A stretch of 64,000 bases of DNA from Haliotis cracherodii (GCF_022045235.1 NW_027266275.1:65224001-65288000); one strand, 5' to 3'; counted from the stretch's first letter, positions 39,001 through 49,849 are shown. Program-made: numbers and translations. The notes: generated by a model not told the origin, from the letters alone.

Positions 39001-40894
39001 GTCCATGTGGATGAAGTCCGGTCCGATCTCACGTACACATCTAGAATGTCCTCCATGTAGCGCACACCTGTCATAGTGCCCCGCTGGAGAGGACATGATT
39101 CATCAAAACGTCATCGTAAGCAAACTTTGAGTAGTATATATTAACTGCTGAGCTATCTCGCCCAGTCTCTCTTCCGCACAAGACGTACAAATCGGGAAAA
39201 ATAAACAGAAAAAGTAAGTACTAACGCTGCAGTGATATCTTTGTCCTTTCGTAGGCCTGAACAGTTAATTATAACTAAGCTACCCTTTTCCGTTTCGTAC
39301 CTTAGAAAAAGCGTATATAGTTATTCCTTCATTAAATAAATAACTCACTGTTACACCGTCTCATAAACTTTGCGCGTTGTTTTCTCAATTCAAACTAGTT
39401 TGAACCGAAACATATCTGTCCCCGGATATATTTAGTGATAGTTGCCAAGAGTTATCTCTCTTTCATTTTACGGAAGCTTCATCTCTCACTCTTAGTCCAG
39501 GATGTCTTACCAGCAGTATCTCGTGCTGACACCTGGGGTGTGACGTGGACACTTTCAAATGCCACTTATGCCACCCAGATATTTAAATGACAACTTTTCA
39601 TGCAATGTTACTTGGGGTGACGTTTCTTTTGCCGTTCAGTATATATTCATGAACAAGAATTGCATTCAGATATTGTTAGTTCTAAAATGCGTAACTATTC
39701 TTTATTTAAATGATTCTTTTGTGTTGAACCTTACTCCTACATATCAATATTGATAAATGTCTTACTGCACTCTCCCGCTATCGTTATAGTTCTCACACAC
39801 TCCATATTGAAGTGGGTAGATATCACAATGTCCCAAGAGACCAAAGATTTTGTAACCTCTGTAACATTGGTCTTATCGAAAACGAATACCATGTTCTGTT
39901 AATTTGTAATACATATAACAATCTTAGACATAAATATTTTCCGGGAAAATATTATGTGCACCCTACTTTCCATAAATTTAACATATTGTTGTCATCATGT
40001 CATGCTGAAACTATGAAAAACATTTCACTATATATATTCCATGCCATGAATATTAGAAGCTCTTTAATGTCCATTGTCGACCTGACTAACTAAATGTACA
40101 GTGGGCCGATGGCCTACCGTGCGAAATGAATCACTGGAAACTGGTCAAAGTGGCGTTAAACAAACTTACCCACTCCATTACGTTTACTATGAAACACCTA
40201 CCCGGCGACGTGTATCCCCAGTACTGGGTTGGTGCTAAAAGAAAAGAATTGCCTCTTTTAGAACTTCACATGTCAAACATGTAAATTTGTTACGTGTTCA
40301 ATCATGCAATTGATTTACTCTCCATCCGACTTTCGGCGGGTTCTCTCACTATACTGAAAGGATTCCTTCTGAAGAAGTTTCAACAAGTAATGTAAAAGTA
40401 AGCAGCAGGATCGGCATGGTAAAGTATCTGAATCCGACAAATTAGTAATGAATAAAGAATATAAATTGCTGACACTAACATGTCAAGAATATAGATGTTT
40501 ATTTGTTTGTTAAGAATTTGTCAATAATGGTAAATAGAGGAAGACGATATGGTACTGGAAGATGTAAGAGACACTGTCCGTTGTGTTATCTGCACGTAAT
40601 AGAAATTTTGGTACCTCCCAATATTCTGACTGACATTTGGAGAGTACCTGGGTTTGCTACCAGGAATACAGCCCTTCTGACAGTCTGGGTAATGCAGAAG
40701 TCTCCAGTATTGGGGAGTCTTCACATTCTCAAAAAAAATCTGGGTTGGTTCGACTAGGCAGCGCTTCCTGGGAGAAGTCCCATTCGCTGTCTGGGCTACG
40801 TGTAGAGGGGGCAAGGGCCCTGAGCTGATATTGTGCCTAACCAGCCTGACTGTGCCAGGATCACCCAAACCCATTTTGTTACATTTATTTAAGT

Positions 40895-40935
<41 letters not shown>

Positions 40936-40939
40936 CAAT

Positions 40940-40979
<40 letters not shown>

Positions 40980-43900
40980 GTACATTGCAATATTCATACA
41001 CAACTGTTACCTAACTTCGTTAATAACCTAAATATGTGGGTCCGCGTTTTAGCACGTTATCTAGCCAATTAATCTCTTGATGAGGGCACACTGAGGAATT
41101 GTATTTTCTTCTATCTGGATCAAGTGTTAGTGGTTGCGGTAGTGATGGTTCTGATGTTGGTGGTGGAAGTGTGTGTCCTCTCACTCACCTCTTGTTGTTG
41201 TATCGTAGTACCAGTCACGGGTACGACCTGCAAAATGTCAACATCCTGTCATTCTGGTTTCCATTTCCTTTCTTAGAAATATGTATTCCTAAATTCACGA
41301 ATATTATACCACTATATTTTACCGAGCATTATCTTGTTTCGTTTTACCTATTTCTGAACAGCAGTTTCAGTCAACGATTCTAACGGAGGTTTAAATGTGT
41401 CTTAAAATCTTTGTGTTCATAGCTCGTTGAATGGACTCCACACTCGAACTATACACTACTCAACGTTTGCTAAGGTTCACCACAATTAAAGGCAATTGTG
41501 TGCATATATTGAAAAAGCCAAAGACAATATTGCGCGAAGACATGTGCTACACAATGCCCATAAACAACATGTGACAGATCATCCGTCAAAATGAGAGTTT
41601 TCGATTACCCTTTTCTCGTACATTTGCACGTTGCTTTATCGATTCATAACTCATTAAACTGAAATATATGAGCAGTCAATCTTTAAGTAAAAAACTCAGT
41701 TTTGCCCGTAGTGCTGCCATCTGGAAGCCAAACCTACAGGGAGATAATCACATATGTCAGTATCAGTCAGTTTGGGGAAAGAACATTACTGATTAATACG
41801 CCACCGAAATGTCAACAGAGATAGTTTTGAAAAAAACCTTCTTTGTTCCAAGGAGTGATCTACACCACATATAGTAGTATATATGCGAAGCCCCAGGTCA
41901 TTGTGCTACACATGTCCCGAAATGAGTTAGGATCCTGAGAAAATTTACTACACTTTTATATGACAAATATTTTTCTTATCCAGTATCAGCACCTTCCTAA
42001 TTCTCGTCTTTTGACTTACACTTGATCACAAAATCCCTATCTATAAGTCCAAGGTACGCCAGGGTTCTCGACGTTTTCATTCTGTTGACTTAAGATAACA
42101 AACAATAAATCAACTTGTGCGTTACTGATACCCGGCCAACCATGCACCTTTTCCTAACCTTTAACTTACACCTTCCTGATTCGTAACAGCGTGTGTTCGT
42201 TTTTATTGAAGCGAAAAAAGCATTTCCATAATAATAACAAAACTCCATTGTACGCTTCCGACAATGTCACGTGTTGACATGTCATGAATTTGAAGAGGAA
42301 AAAGTAACGCGAAATAAAAATGAAAGTAGAATAGAATCAATAGAGACAGTTCAAAATTGGCAAGGTTTTGTCACTTAGCATGCATTATAACAGAAGTAGC
42401 TTTTGTGTTGTGTGTGAGTTGGGTTTCAGCAGACAATGTTGGTCTTTACATAGTGTATCTATGTGATGAACGGAACCCGGAACTCCGGTGTGACGACCAC
42501 CCAACCGCTCAGGGAAACAAGAAATTGAAAACGGCCATTTCTATATTTCGAATTGTACACCAGATACATGATATGTCCCAATGCATTCGTAGTGTCACCA
42601 TAAATATATCTACACACAGTTAACTTTTGAGGATTTCCATCTGTATCCTGTTTTTCATGCACTATACAGTGGTATACTGATGTACTTAAGTACTGGTGTA
42701 CTGATGTAGTGGTGTACTGGTGTACTGTTGTATTGGTATACTGGTGAACTGATGTACTGATGTACTGGTGTACTGGTTTACTGGTGTATTGATGTACTGA
42801 TGTATTTGTGTACTTATGTACTGATGTACTGGTGTACTGGTTTACTGCTGTATTAGTGTACTGGTGTACTGACATACTTATGTACTTTTGTACTGGTACA
42901 CTGATGTACTGGTGCACTGATGTACTGATGTATTGGTGTACTGGTGTATTGATGTATGGATGTACTGGTGTATTGATGAACTGGTGTATGGATGTACTGA
43001 TGTATGGATGTACTGGTGTACTGGTTTACTTGTGTAATGATGTACATATGTATTGATGTATTGATGTACTAATATATTGATGTATTGACGTACTAATGCA
43101 CTGCTGTACTGATGTGGTGGTGTACTGATACATTGATATACTGGTGTATTGATGTACTGTGTACTGATATATTGATATACTGATGTATGGATGTACAGAT
43201 ATACTATATACTTTTATACTGGTGTACTGATACACATTATATAGAGGTTTTTTTCTAGAAAACGTAATGTACCAATTAGACCATTAATAATCACATTTTC
43301 TTCCCTGAAAGACGTTCGTGCAAATTGTCATGACGGACTGTATTGAAATGTGACATGATACTAAATGGCATGTCAAGTATCTCAACATACAAGATGAGGT
43401 GAAATGGAGCTTAACGTCTCGTCCAAGATTATTGCAGTTACACAGGGCAGTCATAGGGCAGTGTTCAGGGGCATATCTATAAGGAAGTGAAACCATGAGT
43501 CATACATGTTGCTCAGCAGGAAAACGTAACGAATTCATTGAATTTTATTCAGCACAACCTTAAGTACTTGTGGATGCACCACCAACGCCATGAAAGAACG
43601 TTTTTGTTAAGGAGAATATTTTCACATGATGTTTTGCTGCTAGGCAACTGCAACCTCGTCAGCGACTTGTCCATAGGACTGAACGCGTAATACTCCCAAG
43701 CAGAATGAACCATCAATACCAGTCCTGTACCCAGTACACTTTGTTAAGAGTGTTTCATATTTCATGGGAGGAGCTTGCTTGGCGGTTGAGATGCGTGTGT
43801 TCAAAGAAACACTGAGTGTAACATGCACACCATGAAACAAGTCGAGATTTCATGGGTGAAACTCTTGCATTTACTTTCATTCAATTGAAACTTGTAATCA

Positions 43901-46034
43901 GCATATATGGGCATTTTATTTTCGATTTTCAAAATTCAGGTGTTCACGAAATGTGAGCGTATCCTGCCTTACCGATGGTAGCCGTCATAAACACATGCAA
44001 AGGCAAGTCATTTTTTCACACGGGAACATGTTGTACAGGTCAAAATAGGGAACTGCATTGGACATCTTTTTTGTCACTGATACATTAAATTTGGAAATAG
44101 CCTCCACATGTCCACCATACATCGTTCTCAAAGCTTTGCTGAGACCTTGATTGGTGTAATCTGAATCAAACAACTTTTGGGCAACAGTCATAGGAGGCTG
44201 GGATATCGATAGATGTTATGGGAAAGTTGACTACTGGAAAGGTGGAATCATTTCTCTTATCATGTATTTATGCATATATATAAACATGAAACAGATAAGG
44301 TGGTTTCACTTCTCACTTTTATTTCTGGTTCAGGTATGTATTTCAGTGGAAGGGACGTGGCTATTTGATGTTTATTGAGCGGTTAAACTTCTTGGCAAGA
44401 TTCCCTTGCTTTGATTTGTCAGTTCGAGCAGAATTTCCGTAAACATAAAAAAACAGTGAGTGAGTGAGTATGGTTTTACGTCGCATTTAGCAACGTTCCA
44501 GCAATATCACGGCGGGGGACACAAGAAATGGGCTTCACACGTTGTATTCCCATGTCGGGAATCGAACCCGGATCTTCGGCGTGACGAGCGAACGCTTTAA
44601 TCACTGGGCTACCCGACCGCCCCCATAAAGAAACAGACCAGCAAGAAGGAGAACACAGTCGATCCCTCATTGGGATGCCTACTTCTTTCCTAAATGTCTT
44701 ATCCCCATAATTTACATTGCTGCTATCAATGAGGAGGTGTAGCATTATTGTTTTCTCAGTGAACTTTCATTTTTGACAAACTGTCCCGAACCTCTGAAAA
44801 TAAACAAGTAACTACATCTCTGGTCACCACGTTTAGTAACACATGCCCCATGGATCAAGGAATGAAGTATGTCCTTAAGTTTGTTTTGTGGAACAGTGGT
44901 GAACAAAGTTGAAAAATCACATATTTTGACAGATTGAACATGGTTCTTTTCTATTGTTGCATACATTTGGGCAAATCCTTTGAACGCACATGATATTAAT
45001 TCCACTATAAAGAAAGTCCTTCCTTGATTTAATAAAGGATTATTGTTAATCGTTGAACAGGGATTTGGTGGTACATTTTGTTGGACCAAGCAATATATCT
45101 CTCTTTGTACGGATTTTTGTGGAGCTTTCGAATCCAGTACAAAAGAGGAATGGACATGAATTCAGGTCTTAGAGCCAAGTCCAAAGTTGGTAGATATAGT
45201 GCTTGATTTTAACAGAAATACGAATTAATTTAATCATTCCGGATTTTACATAGAATTCATAATAGAAATGTCTTTCTTGGTGCAACCGAAAGTCCTGCTG
45301 GTATACATTTCTTACATCAAAATATCAGGTTGTACAAAAGTCATGGAAATAATGTTATCATGTAGACAAAACATGCAGGGGTCAGCTGTGTCTGTAAGAT
45401 GGGGAATATAATACAACTTTGATTGAAATGAAATTATGTTATCCCATATAGAAACAGTGTTCGATGACATTTATGGATATATTTTGCAGGATTACATAAA
45501 GGTTGTCAACAATTGATTCTCTTGAGATATAATTCTTTCATATGGAAACCATTACACGCAAAAGGAGACAAAGCATGTTCTACCTATTTCCTAATCTTGT
45601 TCATGGTCTTACCTGTCGTCGTGTATGCCAAGGACACCTGTAACATAAAGATATTTATCATGGCAATAACCTATAGTTCATTCATTTTCATTATAAAACA
45701 CAGCGTACAACCCTACAAGACTAATTATAACATACGTGTACAGCTATATATAAATAGGTAAGTATTTAACCCCAAACAACGATTGCAGATATTAACACTT
45801 TAACCACACTTTAAAAAGTTCAGTGAAAATATTGTTATATCATATATGTATAGCATATTTGAAAATGCACTTTGAATAAGATGCGATTGCTTATGTAGGC
45901 AGTAATAATCGGTGGACAGATTCATAGAAATGGGTGAGTTTTGGAAGGATAATACATATGGGTGTTGAACTTACCCGCCCTACGACAGCTACAACAAGAA
46001 GAAGAGACAGCCCTGTCACCCCCGCCATCGTCAT
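20911..46034 (-). CDS. CUB and zona pellucida domain type-I membrane protein (signal peptide, W/Y/T-rich linker, 3 CUB, ZP, TM, short tail); CUZD1/DMBT1-like
   Basis: 21 exons in consistent phase: 46034-45975, 45637-45613, 41227-41189, 40234-40202, 39525-39511 (tentative), 37885-37844, 37041-37000, 36454-36291, 34771-34636, 34390-34343, 32788-32622, 32147-32024, 28721-28689, 27717-27658, 27549-27520, 27339-27176, 26704-26551, 24286-24090, 22793-22378, 22024-21753, 21083-20911; sum 2394 nt = 797 aa plus stop. CUB motifs CG..SG..TSPNYP..C.Y and F(T/S)DGS...GF. ZP motifs VTCD, CGM, YKN, LECH, QNCVAKP, DGCP, FRFRTFEF, VYIFCYVRVC. TM AIVMVIAAVAMVMAAVVMVI followed by RGKRR. Confidence 0.88.
21495..21664. 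other. Assembly gap (170 N) in the last intron of the CUB-ZP gene
   Basis: Run of N. Confidence 1.
21753..22024 (-). CDS. ZP-C exon with furin-type site
   Basis: CPADQTV...FRFRTFEF...VYIFCYVRVC...RCRRDC...RQGR...IFQGPLTF. Confidence 0.92.
22378..22793 (-). CDS. ZP-N/ZP-C exon
   Basis: ETGSDIVYKNRI...LECH...QNCVAKP...YYLIRDG|gtacgt, phase 0-2. Confidence 0.92.
23004..23345 (-). mobile_element. tRNA-derived SINE family C (probably V-domain/RUDI-like)
   Basis: ggtagagcgtc..ggttcgatc head; ataccaaaagacgtt..ggtacttgttg..ggcattaaagggct..ggagtcagtatactgtgtctgagtgggg body. Confidence 0.8.
24090..24286 (-). CDS. ZP-N exon
   Basis: APFGKVMVTCDSRDFKVTVP...LDDPNC...GCGMTRE|gtaact. Confidence 0.9.
24464..24718 (-). 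mobile_element. SINE family B
   Basis: Near-complete copy with cttgtcgtcagaggcgactaacggg core. Confidence 0.85.
25388..25660. repeat. Imperfect (GAGT/GGGT)n microsatellite
   Basis: Seen directly. Confidence 0.92.
26160..26290. repeat. ~53-bp tandem repeat, about 2.5 copies
   Basis: tactgacggtatacgg(t/g)ctcatatta.gtcagtaacaa.catcttggatttt. Confidence 0.85.
26551..26704 (-). CDS. CUB3 C-half exon
   Basis: INYEDP...FDITFTTDGSNTNRGFKLSWRLSY. Confidence 0.9.
26832..27030 (-). mobile_element. SINE family B
   Basis: Matches family B. Confidence 0.8.
27176..27339 (-). CDS. CUB3 N-half exon
   Basis: ACGQTSYSTSGVFTSPNYPSNYFNNLNCVYYV...EDGYDHLK. Confidence 0.9.
27520..27549 (-). CDS. CUB-ZP short exon (30 nt)
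   Basis: ccacag|PPWYDTTTNE|gtaagc. Confidence 0.75.
27658..27717 (-). CDS. CUB-ZP short exon (60 nt)
   Basis: ccaccag|DSSYNSQPSSPYPWYGMTSP|gtgagt. Confidence 0.75.
28283..28596 (+). mobile_element. SINE family C
   Basis: Diverged copy. Confidence 0.75.
28689..28721 (-). CDS. CUB-ZP short exon (33 nt)
   Basis: tttttacag|DYSSLPAYLTT|gtaagc. Confidence 0.75.
28834..31865. repeat. Compound 26-27-bp minisatellite (~3 kb)
   Basis: Units gtgtcgtggcattgtatgcatgtatat and gtgtcgtgacaggttatgtatgtacat arranged in blocks. Confidence 0.95.
32024..32147 (-). CDS. CUB2 C-half exon
   Basis: IYDDQG...FRVVFTSDGSAVRRGFKLYYGP|gtgtgt. Confidence 0.9.
32340..32450 (+). mobile_element. SINE family D head fragment
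   Basis: ggggcacgggtggcccagtcgtctaaggcgccg...ggttcgaatccc. Confidence 0.75.
32622..32788 (-). CDS. CUB2 N-half exon
   Basis: CGTKYSSSLSGYITSPNYPSDYYNNAQCEYVI...EACCDHLV|gtatga. Confidence 0.92.
32864..33097 (+). mobile_element. SINE family B
   Basis: cccgtgaacatccggggtagaatagg...gtcgtaagaggcgactaacggg. Confidence 0.85.
33601..33860 (+). mobile_element. SINE family C with (CACCT)n tail
   Basis: Matches family C; tail expanded at 33826-33860. Confidence 0.8.
34101..34308 (+). mobile_element. SINE family B (5' truncated)
   Basis: Matches family B, (CAAA)n tail. Confidence 0.8.
34343..34390 (-). CDS. CUB1-CUB2 linker exon (48 nt)
   Basis: ttacag|DSTGAVSGTFTSPGYN|gtaaga, phase 1-1. Confidence 0.75.
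34636..34771 (-). CDS. CUB1 C-half exon
   Basis: VMDRYG...FRIVFTSDGSNTFKGFRLFWSL|gtaag. Confidence 0.92.
34861..35393. mobile_element. MITE with ~47-bp TIRs and 9-bp TSD (Mutator-like)
   Basis: Left catctacccggggcaggggcgttaactgactataaaagtccagtttc matches the reverse complement of 35347-35393; flanks ggacgcaac / ggacgccac. Confidence 0.8.
35650..35940 (-). mobile_element. SINE family C
   Basis: TSD tgacac(a/t)gtcaga at 35637-35649 and 35941-35953. Confidence 0.88.
36291..36454 (-). CDS. CUB1 N-half exon
   Basis: ACGGYYSSWSGVVTSPNYPSNYPNYANCEYII...ESCCDHVK. Confidence 0.92.
36536..36695 (+). mobile_element. SINE family A, full length
   Basis: TSD atagggcattt at 36525-36535 and 36696-36706. 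Confidence 0.92.
37000..37041 (-). CDS. CUB-ZP short exon (42 nt)
   Basis: tttccag|GTSEDWRYLTSTNS|gtaggt. Confidence 0.75.
37265..37643. repeat. 44-bp minisatellite
   Basis: Unit gtatgtatatgacatgtatcagtacaactgttcctgcaggtggg. Confidence 0.92.
37844..37885 (-). CDS. CUB-ZP short exon (42 nt)
   Basis: tttatag|DRPATYGGRYATTG|gtaagt. Confidence 0.75.
38565..38701 (-). mobile_element. SINE family D 5' half
   Basis: Reverse-complement match to family D. Confidence 0.8.
38720..39095 (-). mobile_element. Tc1/mariner transposase C-terminal pseudogene fragment
   Basis: FIHMDDNARPHRA...EWPTL*PDINPIEHTW matches Tc1 QDNAxxH and WPxxSPDLNPIE; contains an internal stop. Confidence 0.85.
39511..39525 (-). 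CDS. Possible CUB-ZP micro-exon (15 nt)
   Basis: gtcag|ARDTA|gtaaga; good donor, weak acceptor. Confidence 0.35.
39760..40130 (+). mobile_element. LINE 3' fragment (post-RT Cys/His region)
   Basis: SHTLHIEVGRYHNVPRDQRFCNLCN..IENEYHVLLIC..Y..LR. Confidence 0.75.
40202..40234 (-). CDS. CUB-ZP short exon (33 nt)
   Basis: ttcttttcttttag|APTQYWGYTSP|gtaggt. Confidence 0.75.
40420..40979 (+). mobile_element. Possible 3' end of an RLE-type (R4/Dong-like) LINE ending in (TAA)n
   Basis: MQKSPVLGSLHILKKNL* resembles the QKxxLLGTxxILR C-terminus; short 3' UTR then (TAA)n at 40898-40979. Confidence 0.45.
40898..40979. repeat. (TAA)n microsatellite
   Basis: Seen directly. Confidence 0.95.
41189..41227 (-). 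CDS. CUB-ZP short exon (39 nt)
   Basis: ttttgcag|GRTRDWYYDTTTR|gtgagt. Confidence 0.75.
42665..43232. repeat. Degenerate 8-bp repeat (gtactg[a/g]t)n
   Basis: Visible periodicity. Confidence 0.85.
43935..45230 (-). mobile_element. Decayed Penelope-like element RT fragment (same family as 16685-17380), interrupted by a SINE
   Basis: CDFSTLFTTVP, VGIPM, QKL..LSKALRTMYGGH; the same gcaggatacgctcac 3' motif at ~43955-43968. Confidence 0.75.
44457..44623 (-). mobile_element. SINE family A nested in a Penelope-like element
   Basis: TSD cataaa(a/g)aaacag. Confidence 0.9.
45613..45637 (-). CDS. CUB-ZP exon 2 (25 nt)
   Basis: ttacag|VSLAYTTT-G|gtaaga; converts phase 0 to phase 1 as required. Confidence 0.75.
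45975..46034 (-). CDS. CUB-ZP exon 1 (signal peptide)
   Basis: MTMAGVTGLSLLLVVAVVGR|gtaagt; second in-frame ATG at 46028. Confidence 0.8.
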
Positions 46035-46507
46035 CCGTCAACTGACTGGCTCGCCAACCCGGAACACCAGTAGTGAGTCACCGGAGATTACTGCCTTGAT
46101 TTGGCTTTGCTGACCCCGTAACAGTGTACTAGTGTTTGCTTGGTTGTTTGTTAACGCTGCACTCAAAAATAGTCCAGCTTATATGAAGGCTGTCTGTAAA
46201 TAATCGAGTCCAGACCCGACAATCCAATGATCACCAGCATCGATCTATGCAGTCGAACAGTGTATTAAACCTTTCAGATATTCTAGAAATAACCTGTTGC
46301 ATTTTTCATGTTTTGTTTCATACAATGATGGTGGAATTGATATGCCAAGTCACGTCGTGATATATCTGAATAACCGTCAGCGTTAGTGAATACTTAGTCA
46401 TTCATTCATAAACAGAAGGATCACTTTTAAAACAATCTTAGAAGGTAGAATAGAATAGAATAGGTGATGTATTTCTATTCCACAATTCAGAAAACGACCA
46501 CTCATAA

Positions 46508-49258
46508 CAAGACACCATTGTACCAACAAGACACCATTGTACAAGAAGACACCATTGTACAAGGAGACACCATTGTTCTAGAAGACACCAGTGTACAAGG
46601 AGACACCATTGTACAAGGAGACACCATTGTACCAGAAGACACCAGTGTACAAGGAGACACCATTGTTCTAGAAGACACCAGTGTACCAGGAGACACCATT
46701 GTTCTAGAAGACACCAGTGTACAATGAGACACCATTGTTCTAGAAGACACCAGTGTACAAGGAGACACCATTGTTCTAGAAGACACCAGTGTACAAGGAG
46801 ACACCATTGTACCAGAAGACACCATTGTACAAGGATACACCATTGTTCTAGAAGACACCAGTGTACAAGGAGACACCATTGTTCTAGAAGACACCAGTGT
46901 ACAAGGAGACACCATTGTTCTAGAAGACACCAGTGTGCAAGGATACACCATTGTTCTAGAAGACACCAGTGTACAAGGAGACACCATTGTTCTAGAAGAC
47001 ACCAGTGTACAATGAGACACCATTGTTCTAGAAGACACCAGTGTACAAGGAGACACCATTGTTCTAGAAGACACCAGTGTACAAGGAGACACCAGTGTAC
47101 AAGGAGACACCATTGTTCTAGAAGACACCAGTGTACAAGGAGACACCATTGTTCTAGAAGACACCAGTGTACAAGGAGACACCATTGTTCTAGAAGACAC
47201 CAGTGTACAAGGAGACACCATTTTTCTAGAAGACACCAGTGTGCAAGGAGACACCATTGTACAAGGAGACACCATTGTTCTAGAAGACACCAGTGTACAA
47301 GGAGACACCATTGTTCTAGAAGACACCAGTGTACAAGGAGACACCATTTTTCTAGAAGACACCAGTGTGCAAGGAGACACCATTGTACTAGAAGACACCA
47401 GTGTACAAGGAAACACCATTTTTCTAGAAGACACCAGTGTGCAAAGAGACACTATTCTACTAGAAGACACCAGTGTACAAGGAGACACCAGTGTACAAGG
47501 AGACACCATTGTACCAGAAGACACCAGTGTACAAGGAGACACCATTGTTCTAGAAGACACCAGTGTACAAGGAGACACCATTTTTCTAGAAGACACCAGT
47601 GTGCAAGGAGACACCATTGTACAAGGAGACACCATTTTTCTAGAAGACACCAGTGTACAAGGAGACACCATTGTTCTAGAAGACACCAGTGTACAAGGAG
47701 ACACCATTGTACAAGGAGACACCATTGTTCTAGAAGACACCAGTGTACCAGGAGACACCATTGTTCTAGAAGACACCAGTGTACACGGATACACCATTGT
47801 TCTAGAAGACACCAGTGTGCAAGGAGACACCATTTTTCTAGAAGACACCATTGTACCAAAAGACACCAGTGTACCAGGAGACACCATTGTTCTAGAAGAC
47901 ACCATTGTACCAGAAGACACCATTGTACAAGGAGACACCATTGTTCTAGAAGACACCAGTGTACAAGGAGACACCATTTTTCTAAAAGACACCAGTTTAC
48001 AACAAGAAACCACTTTTCTAGAAGACACCAGTGTGCAAGGATACACCATTTTTCTAGAAGACACCAGTGTGCAAGGAGACAGCATTTTTCTAGGAGACAC
48101 CATTGTACCAGAAGACACCAGTGTACACGGAGACACCATTGTTCTAGAAGACACCAGTGTACAAGGAGACACCATTGTTCTAGAAGACACCAGTGTACAA
48201 GGAGACACCATTTTTCTAGAAGACACCATTGTACCAGAAGACACCAGTGTACACGGATACACCATTGTTCTAGAAGACACCAGTGTACAAGGAGACACCA
48301 TTTTTCTAGAAGACACCATTGTACCAGAAGACACCAGTGTACCAGGAGACACCATTGTTCTAGAAGAAACCATTGTACCAGAAGACACCAGTGTACACGG
48401 ATACACCATTGTTCTAGAAGACACCAGTGTACAAGGAGACACCATTGTTCTAGAAGACACCAGTGCAAGGAGACACCATATTTCTAGAAGACACCATTGT
48501 ACCAGAAGACACCAGTGTACCAGGAGACACCATTGTTCTAGAAGACACCATTGTACCAGAAGACACCAGTGTACAAGGAGACACCATTGTTCTAGAAGAC
48601 ACCATTGTACAAGGAGACACCATTGTTCTAGAAGACACCAGTGTACAAGGAGACACCATTTTTCTAAAAGACACCAGTTTACAACAAGACACCACTTTTC
48701 TAGAAGACACCAGTGTACAAGGATACACCATTGTTCTAGAAGACACCAGTGTACAAGGAAACACCATTGTTCTAGAAGACACCAGTGTACAAGGAGACAC
48801 CATTGTACAAGGAGACACCATTGTACCAGAAGACACCAGTGTACAAGGAGACACCATTGTTCTAGAAGACACCAGTGTACAAGGAGACACCATTGTTCTA
48901 GAAGACACCAGTGTACAATGAGACACCATTGTTCTAGAAGACACCAGTGTACAAGGAGACACCATTGTACCAGAAGACACCAGTGTACAAGGAGACACCA
49001 TTGTTCTAGAAGACACGAGTGTACAAGGAGACACCATTGTTCTAGAAGACACCATTGTACAAGGAGACACCATTGTACCAGGAGACACCATTGTTCTAGA
49101 AGACACCAGTGTACAAGGAGACACCATTGTTCTAGAAGACACCAGTGTACAAGGAGACACCATTTTTCTAGAAGACACAAGTGTACAACAAGACACTATT
49201 GTACCAGAAGACACCAGTGTGCAAGGAGACACCATTGTTCTAGAAGACACCAGTGTAT
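46508..49258. repeat. 18-bp monomer / 36-bp dimer minisatellite (~2.75 kb)
   Basis: Alternating agacaccattgttctaga and agacaccagtgtacaagg. Confidence 0.97.
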
Positions 49259-49785
49259 TGGAACAAGCACTTTACAACGACGCGGATACAAGTAATTCTT
49301 AGAACAAATTTGTGTTCCTGCACAATATTCTGGTCTGGAGATTTCATAAGAAATCATGCATTATCATAACATATAGAAACCGACTCCAAACTTTCTTTTA
49401 GTCCAAATATTAGACCAAACAAATTCTATCAAATAATTGTATATTCGTTTTTTTTGGTTTTTTTCCTTCGCAAACATGTTTCTAGTAATTTCAAGAAATA
49501 ATCTTTTGTCACTACACAAACAACTTTATTCTTACACTTTCTTTCAACGATAATAGAAAATAATAATCTAGATTCCTTGAGCATTCGAAGACCCTTTTTC
49601 CTTCTATCCATCTTATTTCATTCAATTATTGCGTGTCATGTTTTGACAAAGACATCAACAAATAGATTGTAATGAAAAAATACTTATCAGCAGGTCGACC
49701 CATTTATAACATGCGGAATGGTAAGATAAGACTTTCAAGAGAACAACGGTGACCCACATTCATGTCTTGGCAGTAGTGTGAAACT

Positions 49786-49849
49786 ATGCCTGCCGTATTC
49801 CATATTGTTGTTTTCGTTATTCTAGTCATTAACGGATTGTTCGACAGAG
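49786..49849 (+). CDS. Cadherin B exon 1 (signal peptide)
   Basis: MPAVFHIVVFVILVINGLFDR-G|gtaagt. Confidence 0.82.

Noticed and set aside
46502-49295. 892-, 684- and 587-aa ORFs with repeats such as SRTMVSPCTLVS and RRHHCS
   Set aside because: They arise from an 18-bp unit lacking stops in several frames on both strands. There is no unique sequence, signal peptide or splice context, and an indel switches the repeat peptide mid-ORF.
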